Assembly: GCA_013115145.1 (NCBI GenBank)
Contig: JAAPAO010000156.1
Span: 1-60,200, forward strand
DNA length: 60,200 nt
Reading direction: 5' to 3'
DNA from: Perkinsus chesapeaki ATCC PRA-425
Lineage: Eukaryota > Protista > Perkinsozoa
Shown: piece after piece, positions 26,154 through 37,937 of the stretch
Layout of the letters: every line of letters starts with the position of its first letter
Numbering within the stretch: the stretch's first letter is position 1
Program-made: the position numbers and the translations under genes
The notes under the pieces: generated by a model
Database searches by the model: none
Told to the model about the DNA's origin: nothing
What the model saw: the letters and a program-made list of their open reading frames with translations, nothing else

Positions 26154-28399
26154 TTTGGCTGAGTAAGAGTAGACCTGTCAAAAAGTAAGCATCTCCAAGG
26201 AGAAGGCATCTCCATTTTGGATCTTCATCAGGCTCCACAATTATTGGGGAGCTTAATATAGGCTTCAACTATGAACCGATTTCGACGGGGCCCTTAACCG
26301 ACTCGACAAGACGCCACCATACTCTCATGGGGACCCTCCGTATCTCTACACGTGGGATGTTGTCCAGCTCACTTTTTCTATCCTGTGGGTTCAGGGAAAT
26401 GCGAGATCTTTCGATAGGCTGGAGGGAGTAGACCACCGTAACCCCGCCGGAAGTGTAATTCACCCTCGTCCCGTTATCAATTTATAGATGAGAGGATCTC
26501 CCTGAATCGTATGGCACGCGTATACCTTTCCGCCACTCACAGAGGCAAGTGCCACCTGAGAATCCTCAACGATAATCTCAGAGTGGAAAGCATGGTCATT
26601 TTGGACAGATGTTCAAGAACCATCTCAATGCTTCAGGCTCATATGAGCTTCAGTTCGAATTACTACGCTTCTTGGAAGGCGGGTTCGGATTAACTCTCAC
26701 AATCGAAAGAGGAGCATCTCATACCCATCATGGAGCAGCGGCCGACTGCTTGGTCCTGTAGGCTGAGAAGATTTTATACCCCTGCATTACACAAAAGAGA
26801 TTTGCCGGAGTAATTCCTCTCAAAATTTGTATACTTCTTGCTTTCGTTCTGTCTGGGCACTTGCCGTAGTGAGGCAAGTACCGATGACATCGCCATGACA
26901 GTGCCGATGACACATATTGGCGATGGTGGTTGGCCGCTCCGTGGTTGGAAGACTGTACTTGGTCTTGCTCCGTCTTCATTAATCCGAAGATTCGAACTCA
27001 TTGCCAACGTGATCCTTCTAAGAAATGTGATGCTACGTACGGCCTGTGTCGGGAGCAAAGCGGCTTGTAGCCTGTATATCGGACAGCTCAGTAGTTAGCT
27101 CCGTACCAGACAGGCATTTTTGTAATCCAAAATTTGGATGCCGTGGACCAAGGCACCTATGCCCTTTCGATAGAATCTTCTTGTCGGCTGAAGGCTATGC
27201 TTCATGTTTGGCATTGCTCAAGAAGAAGTATAGTGATGTCCCGATTGAGTATTTGCCAACACACGAGGAACTCATCCGCTGTCCAAACTCGCTTTCTAGA
27301 AGGCGGAGGATGCCCCATTTCTCAGATACGATCTCATGTGACCTGCTCTGCCCTTTTTGTCTTCCTCAGATGCGACTTAGTGTTGCCTTTAAGTGAATGA
27401 GGTTTACCCAGCACTAAAAAATACGTGTTTCAAGCGAGGTGTCAACGTTTCAATTATTGTGCTTCGGTTTTCAAGAAGACTTGTGAAAATGTACTCACCA
27501 ATCGCGTTCAAAGTCCTGTATCATGGAAAGCAACTGTAACGGTGGAAGTGAGCCCTGCAGAACCACGCTAGGACTGAAGTTAGCACTGTAGGTTTTGCCA
27601 CCCAGCGAAATACCTCCGCGGGGGTGACATCACACAAAAACCGATCGCTCTGTTTGGGGACATCGGGGGCACAAACTCAAAGGCTAGCCGCTAGTAAACC
27701 AGCGCTTCAGTAGTTTTCACATAATGTTAGCGTTAGCAATTGAGACGACGGCTGTATCCCTGCGGAGACGCGTGAGTAGCGGCGTCCGTTACGGATTAAG
27801 AATGGGCAATTTCCAGTCCAAGCAATCCTCTCAATCAACCCAGACTGAAGACGTGTCTACCTCCTTCAGAACAGACTGGTGGTTCAGCGTCGGGTTCCAT
27901 ACTCGGCGTTCACAGCATTAGGCTGACCCATGTTCGCTTGGCGGTGCTGACGATGATAGTGGTGTACTTTCACCTGTACTGTCGCTCGATTCAGTTTCTG
28001 TCCCCCTACCTCCTCCCCACAATTAATCCGAGGTTTCAACAATCGGAATCCACGCTTACGATAATATAACCTCATGAGAGCAGCTGCACGAATGTACGTA
28101 GGTGCACAGCAGCAATGCGGAACGGTAACGTCATACTGCCTATCGCCAATGAATCTTCATGAATGGTTTACAACGCAAAGGCCCCGATAGGATATAAACA
28201 ACAGGTTCGAATGAAACCACGAAGTGAACATGCCACTTTGTATTCGCTTCATTGCTGCTGCCTGTTAGATGTACTCATCGAAGCGGACGGGTTTCTGAAA
28301 GCAATATGCCATGCATGAACACCAACCAGCCCAAAGCACTTGTGTCGTGATCATTCAAACAAGTTTCTCTAGGTGATGCAGTCTCACTTTGCTTGCCCC

Positions 28400-29139
28400 T
28401 ACTTCGAACAGGCGTTCTTCCTCGGAGTACTATTCAGGTGGTTACTAAGAATATAATGTGTATCCTTCCTTTTATTTGTAACCATTGACCTGATGCTCAA
28501 TGGTAACGATGATATCGATGGTATTGTTCTCACTGAAGGAAGGAATCGCGCTTCCATTCTTCCCGTAGCAGTTGTCCTCGACAAACGGGGTCACACTTGG
28601 CCAACTTCACCCTGTAATGAGAATAAAACAGCTATTAACAAGAAAATGTCTAGAGTTATTTTTAACGTTAATTTTAGTAGAGATGCAACTGACGCAAGAT
28701 AATCCCACTTTTTGACGGAATCCGAAGCTGCTCGCGGGAGGGAGTTTCGCCTAGTACTCGGTACGGCCGACCTGCAGGCGGCACCGATGCGTTAGTGAAG
28801 CAAGCTCTGCATACCTGCACGTTGGTGGTACTGCTGGACTTGATAGGTTCACCGTTTTGTGTGACTCTGCACTGAGGCGCTTACACTGCGGCAGTTCGTA
28901 CTGCCTCGGACCTGGCGCGCTACGTCGACGAGCAGGGCCTTCGTCTACTGTCTCTTTGTCAGCTCCTCGTCTAAATCCCATTGTTTTCAGATCGCCACAG
29001 TTGGTTACGTTGCTGGTTACGTTGTATTATGAATTTCATAGGCATCGTCATCAATATAGACATACGGCTTATCATCAGCCTGTCTGAGGATGTCAGCGGT
29101 GTTATCTGGCACGATACGGTACGGGGGTAATCGAGACAT
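28400..29139 (-). CDS. Hypothetical spliced gene of unknown function
   Basis: Plausible exon MSRLPPYRIVPDNTADILRQADDKPYVYIDDD followed by a GT-AG intron and an open exon (RGADKETVDEGPARRRSAPG). The 3' end is unresolved. Confidence 0.3.
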
Positions 29140-29896
29140 TGGTAACGGTCGTGGATACCGATTATGACGCAATGAGCGGTTTAACTGTCACGTTGAGGAT
29201 GGCAAGTAAGAATTGACTCATTCACTTAAATCAGCAGGACATGTTGAAAGGTGGCGTTTTAAGCTATGGCTCCTCACGGCCCAGTTCACACTTCACAGCA
29301 AAAACAAAATGAAGCTGGGGAGCTATGCAAAGGATGCCACACCAATGTTAGAAAAAGCTTTAACGTAGAATAAGGTAGTACGGACCAGGAAAGAGTGTGG
29401 CGACGAACCAAGGTGTCCGTCGGAAAGAGCTGGTGGCGGATCCATAATGAACACAATGCAGATGACGTAAACCAGATACCAATAGTTGATCAAGTATAGT
29501 GCAGAGGGCCGATGGGAGCAGATAGCAGATCTTGTGACGAAGGGGATCAGAGGGGACGAAGGGACGGTCAAAGAGAAAGAAGGAGACGGAAGAAGAAAAG
29601 AAAGAAGAAGGGCACTGAGAATCATTATCACTAATACGCATACTACATCACTGACTAATGATTGCAATACTTAGATCAGTAGCTAGGATATAGCCTAGCG
29701 GTTTCTTCTACACAAAAAGATATCTTGGCGAGCGAGAACGGCGGTGAGCCTTCGCACGCCACAAGAGATCTTTCTTAGAGATCTTGCACACTTGCCTATC
29801 CTTACCTTGCGGCGTACGCATGCACGCATGGTCTCATCTTTATGGTCGGTAAATGTGATGTTGTCGCTAGAGTACCTTGCGTGACTTAGTTGTTTT

Positions 29897-30823
29897 CTTA
29901 ACGTGGCGTCCCGTGGACTGTCAGCCGTTGTAGCGGATAACTTATAATAAAAGGAAGTATGGCATCGCAGGATAAGTGTGTTTATGTTGGTAATCTTGAT
30001 TGGACGGTAATAATAATATTATAAATAATATTTATATAATTAATTTAGACCACTGAGGATGAGCTTGGTGATTATATGAAGAAGGTTGGTCCAGTTGTAT
30101 CTGTTGAGATACTTACAAGGCATGATGGTAAATCTAAAGGATGCGGGTAATGGCTATCATCATCAATACGACATAAATAACAGCATCCTTATTATATTAT
30201 TAGAATCGTTGAATTCAAAGATGCCAGCTCGGTTGAGAAGGCTATCGAGGAAATGAACGATACCAAGTTAGGCGAAAGGCAGATATTCGTTAGAGAAGAC
30301 CGCGGCCCAGTGAAACCAAAGGATCTTGATTCCGATAGCGGTAAGATAGATGTATCGATATGCTGCTGCTCAACTACTTTATCCTCACAGGCTCCTATTA
30401 TGGTGGAAAGGGAAAAGGGAAGGGTAAAGGGAAAGGGAAAGGGAAGGGAAAGGGTAAAGGAAAAGGATATTGGGATTGGGGAAATGATTGGGGATATCGT
30501 AAGTTTATTATTAATTTAATAATATATTATTGTTATTAGCAGCTGCCGGTAAGGGTAAAGGTTTTAAAGGATTCAAAGGTAAAGGTGGTTTAAGACCTTT
30601 ACGTGTTGGACCACGTGATAAAGGAAGGCTTGTTTATGTTGGAAATGTAATTACTTAATTATTAATTATTTAATAATTAGATATATTAGTTACCATGGAG
30701 GACAGCTTGGCAAGATCTTAAAGATCTTTTCCGTGAATGTGGTGAAGTAATCCGCGTTGATATCGCTGAGAATTGGGATGGTCGATCCAAGGGATTCGCT
30801 ACCGTTCTGTTTGAGGATGAAGA
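29897..30823 (+). repeat. Right arm of mosaic inverted repeat (tracts 29897-30308 and 30450-30823)
   Basis: Near-identical to the reverse complement of 21556-21967 and 21056-21429. Confidence 0.95.
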
Positions 30824-30950
30824 AGGCGCCACTAAAGCCATTGGTAGTAATATATTTAATTATCTATTATTATTCGCAACTTTAGAGAAGTACAACGAAT
30901 ACGAATTTGAAGGGCGGAAGTTACTTGTCCGCGAGGATCAGTTCGTATAA
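29959..30950 (+). CDS. Gbp1/Gbp2-like two-RRM protein with (KG)10 linker, copy B
   Basis: Same RRM motifs and intron positions as copy A; ends GRKLLVREDQFV*. Confidence 0.9.
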
Positions 30951-31237
30951 GGCTTTCTTCTTCTTATCTTCCCCCCAGTTATGTTATAGAACACTGCCTA
31001 TTAAGCATCTTAGTTTTCATAATATTGTTGTGTATTCTTGCATCTTATAGATGTTATCATAACAGTAAGTCCACGTAAGTCGCTTACAGTAGTAGTAGGA
31101 GGAGGAGCGCGAGAGGTTTATGGATATAGGTGCAGGCTGATCAAGATTCTACCACTCCAACAGTCCTTCGTTGTCAATTACTATTGGGTGATATAACATC
31201 AAACGCAATGCACATAATCAATCGAACTATGCTCAAA

Positions 31238-32107
31238 TCAGCATGATCTAATATCCTTCACCACACGGCAAGGATTCCCTCCAGCAACAACGTGAGAAGG
31301 AATATCCTAAAGGCAGCAGCAACTCCGTCTACTGGATACAGAATACCAGCGTACTTTAGTGACAATACTGCCAGCTTCGATAACACTACCATCACCTATA
31401 TTAACACCAGACATAATAACCGTGTTGGCGCCAATGCAGACGTCATCCCCAATCTTGATAGGGCGACCAAACATAGCCCATGTTGCTCTGGCTGATGCCG
31501 CGCGACTAACAGAGAGCCAGAGATCGAAAAAGGATAGCACTTTTCGAGTACGGATGATCAGCGGCATAGAAATGAACACCCTGGCCACAGTATACCTGAT
31601 GGGTTGGTCGGAAAGGGGAAAAGGAGTTAAAAGGGACACTTACGTTGTTACCAATCTCCACAAGGGAGGCATCGAGAATCACTAATTTGGGCTCCGCTAC
31701 GAATAAATCACCAATACTGATATTGAAACCAAAATCGCAGCGGAATGGCGGTTCTATGTCGGGCCGACTGCCACAGGAACCGAGTAGATCTGAGGATAAT
31801 AGAAGATCGTAATAAGAAGATAATAATCGTCGAGTGCACTAGCTTCAAACTGATAGTGTAGTACAGTTCACCGATATTGTGATTGCTGCTGGCTACTTCA
31901 TAATCAGCATTAGTCGTATAATACGGTATCGGTACCTTGTAGAATAGCCTCACGACGGGCGGTGGAGTTATGGTTGTTGGAAACTTCATTATATGCTCTA
32001 CATAAGTCCTTTGCTCTGGTGTACCATTGCCGGAATACTTCAGTCTCTAGCTTAAATAATTTACCATTTCGCATAAGAGAAAGATACTCTTCTTTGGATG
32101 CCTTCAT
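31238..32107 (-). CDS. Maltose/galactoside O-acetyltransferase-like (hexapeptide repeat), copy 1
   Basis: MRNGKLF N-terminal Mac-like helix, [29 protein letters not shown]...[21 protein letters not shown]. Confidence 0.85.
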
Positions 32108-32200
32108 TATTACTGTAAAACTTATCACCAATTATTGATGAACATGACGTCATTCAAGCTCGGAAACGGCGAACATGTAAGCTACAGACATGTCTAGAAG

Positions 32201-33044
32201 CTAGTCGCTTTTAGGATGGGTGTTGTCCGCTAGAAACCGCTGCTCTTCATCGGTGGGCTCCGTCGGTGCTGGCTTGATCACTTTGCAAGGATTACCAGCA
32301 GCGATCATACCATCGGGGATGTCCTGAACAACGTTCATACTGAGCAGAGGATGAATTTTATTGGAATGCTGACCTTAGTAACAACACTGCCGGCACCAAT
32401 TATACATCCAGATCCAATAGTAACACCAGGTAGAACTACAGTACGTCCACCAATCCATACATCATCACCAATGGTAATTGGTGCACCGTACTCGACGAAC
32501 GAAGACCTCGCTATGGCAGAACGCCTGAGCGTTGGGGCTAGAGAGCATCATCACAATCGATACTGCTTACGGATGATCAGCGGCATAGAGGTGTACGCCT
32601 GGTCCGAAAAATACCTGATTAGTGATTCAGAACTTTATGTCTGAATAATGAATGAGAATGAAACATCCCTTACATTATTGCCAATACGAACAGGGCAGAT
32701 ATCCAAGATGACCAAGTCGTAATTGGAGTAAAAATTATCACCAATATGAATATTAAAACCATAATCACATCGAAAAGGCGGTTCAATAAACGGCCCATCA
32801 CCACATGCTCCGAGACCATCTAAAGTACGTCGATGGAAGAGCTCAAGAGTGGCAGAATACCTTGCAGCATATCTTTCCTGATTTCAATAAAATCGTCTGT
32901 ATCCTCCTCTGTGCTGTTGAACCTTCTACACCAAGCCTTAGCTTTGGCTCTAAGTCTTATTAGCCCCTCTTCCATCGGGAGATACAGTTCACCCCGCGTC
33001 ATACGCTGCAGGTTATCCTCATCCGAAACTATCCTACCCGACAT
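32201..33044 (-). CDS. Maltose/galactoside O-acetyltransferase-like, copy 2
   Basis: [38 protein letters not shown]...[23 protein letters not shown]. Confidence 0.9.
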
Positions 33045-33711
33045 TAACGATCAAATAGTTGGAACTGATATGGACAGGTCAGCAGGGATGAAAACCGCTG
33101 CCATGGCCAGTTTATGGGCACATGGGTGCACACTGCATAAGGTACATAGTGCCCATCAGTGGGAACTTCGGGGCCAAGACCTAAAGCTTGATAAGGAAGG
33201 GATAGGGCGCCAGTGAAAGCGTGATGCTGCGGTGACCCTAGGATGTATTATACACCTTCTAACGACCGTAGTATACCGTCTTCATAGATTAGAGCTTTTA
33301 ACGCAAATCAAAGCTAAGCATCGATTGGAGCACTTTAGCGAATGTCAAATACCTCTTTGTCGCCCCTAGTTCACGGACACCAGTTTTTTAGCTTCCGCAC
33401 AATCATTGTGTTGCACAATTTTACGGAACAAATTCGACGAGGACCTTCTTCCTGGAATGGAGTCAACGTTTTACCATTTCTATCGCACACTCGGCGGCCG
33501 TTGAACGCTCCGCTCCCGCTGATAGAGTCTGTGCATTTGGTTAGGGTTCAGGCAAGGGTGTGAATAGGAAAGTTATAAAGAGTTTAAGTATTCCCATTTG
33601 TCATCGATTTAGCTGAGGACCCAACTGCAGCACAACACATTGCTATTTGTTAAACTTAACTTCTGTTAATATGAACGTCAACTGAATGACTTCGGTACAG
33701 AGGGAGCTGCC

Positions 33712-34567
33712 TTAGCTGCTGGAGTAAGGTATACCATGCTTTTCGAAAAAATCCTTCTCTTCCTCTGTAGGCTCCTTAGGTGCTGGTTTGATAGGTTTAC
33801 AGGGATTACCAGCAGCGATCATGCCCGGTGGGATATCCTGAAACAATATAGGATACTTTCTTATGGCTGCCCAGAATGCTGACCTTAGTAACAACACTGC
33901 CGGCACCAATTATACATCCAGATCCAATAGTAACACCAGGTAGAACTACAGTACGTCCACCAATCCATACATCATCACCAATGGTAATTGGTGAGCTGAA
34001 TTCGACACAGGTAGCCCGCCCGGCAACGGAACGCCTGCGAAGAGGACATTAAGCTTCAACATGAAAGAGAAGAACCTACGGGTGCTCAGCTGTGTAGAGA
34101 TGGACACTGGGCCCTAGTAAAACCTGAGAACATACCTAATGATCAAGGGGTACATCTGGGCTTACATTATTGCCAATACGAACTGGGCAACCATCAAGGA
34201 TGGCCAATTCATAATTAGCATAAAAACCATCACCGATGTATACATTGAATCCATATTCACATCGGAAGGGTGGCTCTATTACAGGATCCTTACCACATGA
34301 ACCAAAGAAACCTGATACACGAACCTTAAAGTCGACTTACAAGCCATATTGTAAGTATCAACTGACCGGATGGAGCGTACCTCTCATCAGCTCTTCACGT
34401 TCTGGACATGGACCAGTTATAGAATCATCAGTAGAGTTGAATCGACGACACCAAAGCCTCGCTGCTGTTCTTAACTCATCTAACCTCTTCATACTAGGGA
34501 TATGCAGTTGACCATTGGTCATACGTTTAAGGTTATCGTCCTCGGATAGGGTACTATTGGTATTCAT
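33712..34567 (-). CDS. Maltose/galactoside O-acetyltransferase-like, copy 3
   Basis: [32 protein letters not shown]...[23 protein letters not shown]. Confidence 0.9.
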
Positions 34568-34859
34568 GCAGTCAATTTAATACTAATGGTATTATTGCTA
34601 TTATCTTCACTGTTATACTGGATAGGCAGTAATAGGTTTACTGCCCTTGTGATCTCCTTGACTATATAAGGCTAAAAGGTTCTACTAGCCAACCTCTAGC
34701 GAAAAAAATAAAACTAGGCGGAGCGAAGCACAAAAATGCGCACTAGGCTTTGGCGCTCGCCCGATGTTGCCTTGACTATTGTTGTTGTTATTATTAAGCT
34801 GCTAGATACACCATACATATTTCGTCTTTATTAGAGTAAGCTGATACCTCCCTATTACA

Positions 34860-36485
34860 ATGACATTCATTCGACGCTTCTTCTCTCAAAATCTAAAGGA
34901 TGCAGCTTTGCAGCTTGTTGGAGTCGTCCTAAGCCTGTGGGCCTTACCAAGTCTTCATATCATGCTTAGAGTTGTGAGAGAGAGGCAAGCCCTGAAACCA
35001 GATACATATCCACAGATGACAGATCTATTAGTCTCTGTTGTCTGGGCTGTGGTATTTGCTATTGTGCAGTATCTATCAAGGAAGGTAGTAGGGTACTATG
35101 GAAGAGGTTAATAAGGGGGGAGGAGGGAGACGAAAACAGACCCTTACTGTAGCGTTGGACAATCATAGATGCATAACCTCGCCCTTACCGGATCCGTGTA
35201 TAATAGAAATAATAAAAATTGCTCCGGAAGTTAGATTGCTGGTGTCCAAGCTCGATGCTTGCAAGATACTAACGAGGTCGATATCCCGCGTAGGTACTAT
35301 CAACAGCGGGCTATCGTATAATTCCCAGAACCGCTTCGTGGTCATTGGAGGTATGGGCAGCCAAGGTATCCCCATTGATTGGCGCTTATTCCCCATTACC
35401 TACACTTCAGGTGGAAAGATTTTCCAATTCAGTGTACAAGTTATTTGTACACCTGTCGTTCAGTCTAGTACTCTACTTTGTTCTACGTGACCAACCCTGG
35501 CTACCCCCGGTGATGGGTGGCAAGTAATAATAACACACCCTCTACAGTATATAACAACGTTTATTATTATCAGAGGTGCTACTGTGTACTGTTGGACTGA
35601 TGGCTTCCCATTCCAGCCATCTGTACCTGCCCTTATGAGAACCTATCAAGTAGTACTCAGTATGGTCTCCCTTAGTGGCTTATTATTATTGTCACTGTTA
35701 TACAGGCTGTTATCGGATATCTTATGTGTGAAGCAGCTACCCATATAATAAGGGAACGTGATCGTCCTGACTTCACTGAGCTCATGCTTCACAATTCTCT
35801 GGTAAGCTTCAGCTTTATTAAATCCCTCTCCACCTACTACCGCTCTACAGGTCCTCATCCTCACCGTTTGCTCGTATATTGGTAACTACGTTCGAATAGG
35901 GTCCTTAGTTATGCTATCCGACTTCGCACCGGACGTTATCGGTAAGCTATATTGCTATCTACCGTTCAGATGTCCAATTAGTTTACTTGGCAAAGTCCCT
36001 AGTGGACACTCCTTGGTCCGGTGGCATCCTCACTTACATTCCCCTGGCTCTCACCTACTTCTACGGTAGATTATATATCTTCATCGGGTAGTCATTGGTA
36101 TCATCAGTATTCACTTTAGTGAACTGCTAGGTACCTCTTCCGGTCGGTGTGGATCGAGGCCCCACGGATGGCTCCTGAAGAGATTCAGGAATATTGGAGC
36201 TTCCTAGTAACACTATTATGTGTGATGTTGGTTATGAACACTTACTGGTAACGCAACCGACAAGCCAACAACATTTACTATCATCTTGTGTCATGTAGGT
36301 TTGTTATGATCCTCAAGATCGGTCTATTTATCCTATCAACAGGGCAAAGCAGAGACATACAAGCCAATCTATCGGCAATTGATTTGGACAGCAAGAAGGC
36401 CGTACTATCACCTCGTTCATCGGGTAGGCCTCAACAACAACAGTCGGCAGCATCATCGGCGAAGAAGGGAAGGAAGTCCGAGTGA
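34860..36485 (+). CDS. TLC-domain (TRAM/LAG1/CLN8) protein, ceramide synthase/longevity-assurance-like (multi-exon)
   Basis: ERFSNSVYKLFVH...PWLPPVMGG and Lag1-like motif RPDFTELMLHNSLVLILTVCSYIGNYVRIGSLVMLSDFAPD; C-terminal LLCVMLVMNTYWFVMILKI. Confidence 0.8.
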
Positions 36486-36746
36486 TGATGAACTACCGTT
36501 ACCAACATTGCACGGCGGCGGCGGCCGCCGCTGCTGATGCTGTATATGTTGTTTAGAGTTGGTCTCAGTAACATTCATTCCACTGCCATCCTCCTCCTCC
36601 TTTTATATATTATTCGGACCCCCTCCACGCTCATAAGAAGTAGTACTGTAGTTTACGAGCAGCCATAGTGGTTTCGAGGCATCCCTTGGAAGTTGTGTTA
36701 TCAAGTTATAAATCAGTTACAATAGTTAATACACCACTTTTGTAGC

Positions 36747-37828
36747 ATGACAGATAGCAGGCCGCTATTTGCAGTATCGGGCCTTAGTAATCAGAGCCAC
36801 TTCGCAGCTCTAGATTCATTGGTCGAAGCTCGTCAAGCCATATTAGAGGAGCCAGTTAATCCAGAGGAGTACATTACCGCTATGTCAGACGATCAAGTTA
36901 GGGAAAAGGCGAGGTAATAGGAAGTATGGGTGTATGGTGTAGCTAGGGGTGTCAGATTCGCGGCAACTGCTGACCCATTGAAAAACGTGGAGTCCAATAC
37001 TGATATATTTCAGAATTCAGACAGCGATGAGATCGACTATGACGCCGATCTCCTCGGGTAAATACATAGCATCACTCGGAGGCATATCACGCTGGCTCGT
37101 GTTTTCAGTGGCCCAAAGTCGAAGGAGGGCGGCGGTTTAGCCAAGTTGACCTCGGGGATAAAGATTCCTGGATTTGTAACACAACCTGATAAATACACCA
37201 AGTAGGGGGGAATAACACACATCCATTCCAATAGCATCATCATCATCATCTGTCAGATACTCCTTAGATAAGGTTGATGCATTAGGAAGGGCCGCCAATG
37301 AGCGCGTAGCGGTGGACTTTATTTATAAGCTACGCGGAGAGCAGCCGCCCGATGCCATCGTTCCACCGGACTCCGCCTCCTTCGCGCCCCAGTATCGTCG
37401 GCGGGAGGCTACGGGTGGTGACACCGAAATGGCCGCCTCTGAAGGAGTTGGTGTCCGAATGGTAATGTAGAGGCCTCATTGCTGCCTCTATAGAGATCGT
37501 TATTTAGGACAATTGCCGTGTGATGCCGGAATGGACACCATTCAACCAAGCTCAACGGCGGAGTCGATCTCGATCATCAAGTCAGAGTCGAGAGCCTCGT
37601 CGAAGGCTAGCTGAAGGGGATAATGGTGAACAGCAGTATTCCGTAGAGGGAAAGAAGTCGACTAAGGGAGGAGCGGTAGGCGTCACGCATCAGTCTCAAG
37701 TTACATGAGCAACCTATCAGATTAGCATCACAGCAGCAGTTGATGATGAGGAGGAGGATGATGATGACTCGGATGATGGCGATGACTATTCGGACATGCC
37801 AGGTCTGATGGAGCTCGATATTGATTAG
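36747..37828 (+). CDS. TSSC4-like protein (putative U5 snRNP chaperone; multi-exon)
   Basis: Spliced IPGFVTQPDKYTKYSLDKVDALGRAANERVAVDFIYKL resembles the TSSC4 core (PDyxxnPxKWTKYSL...N..aA..Fl). It also has a downstream VMPE motif and an acidic tail. Confidence 0.55.
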
Positions 37829-37937
37829 TCGACCATCTCTCAATAGAGATTGTTATACCACCATTGTAAAGTTTAAATCTACTCTATATGGCTTGGCGTT
37901 GTTACAATCCTCCAGAGTCTACAGCAGCTACTTCACC

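Noticed and set aside
26728-27400. Several 80-120 aa ORFs on both strands, some Cys-containing
   Set aside because: They are mutually overlapping, with no signal peptide or coherent pattern to choose a real frame.
29486-29674. EQIADLVTKG, resembling the Ty1/copia RNase H C-terminal motif
   Set aside because: The upstream frame is closed by a stop, there is no KHID motif, spacing is off, and no other retroelement domains or LTRs are nearby.
33540-33560. TTAGGGTTCAGG telomere-like motif
   Set aside because: Under two units; expected by chance.
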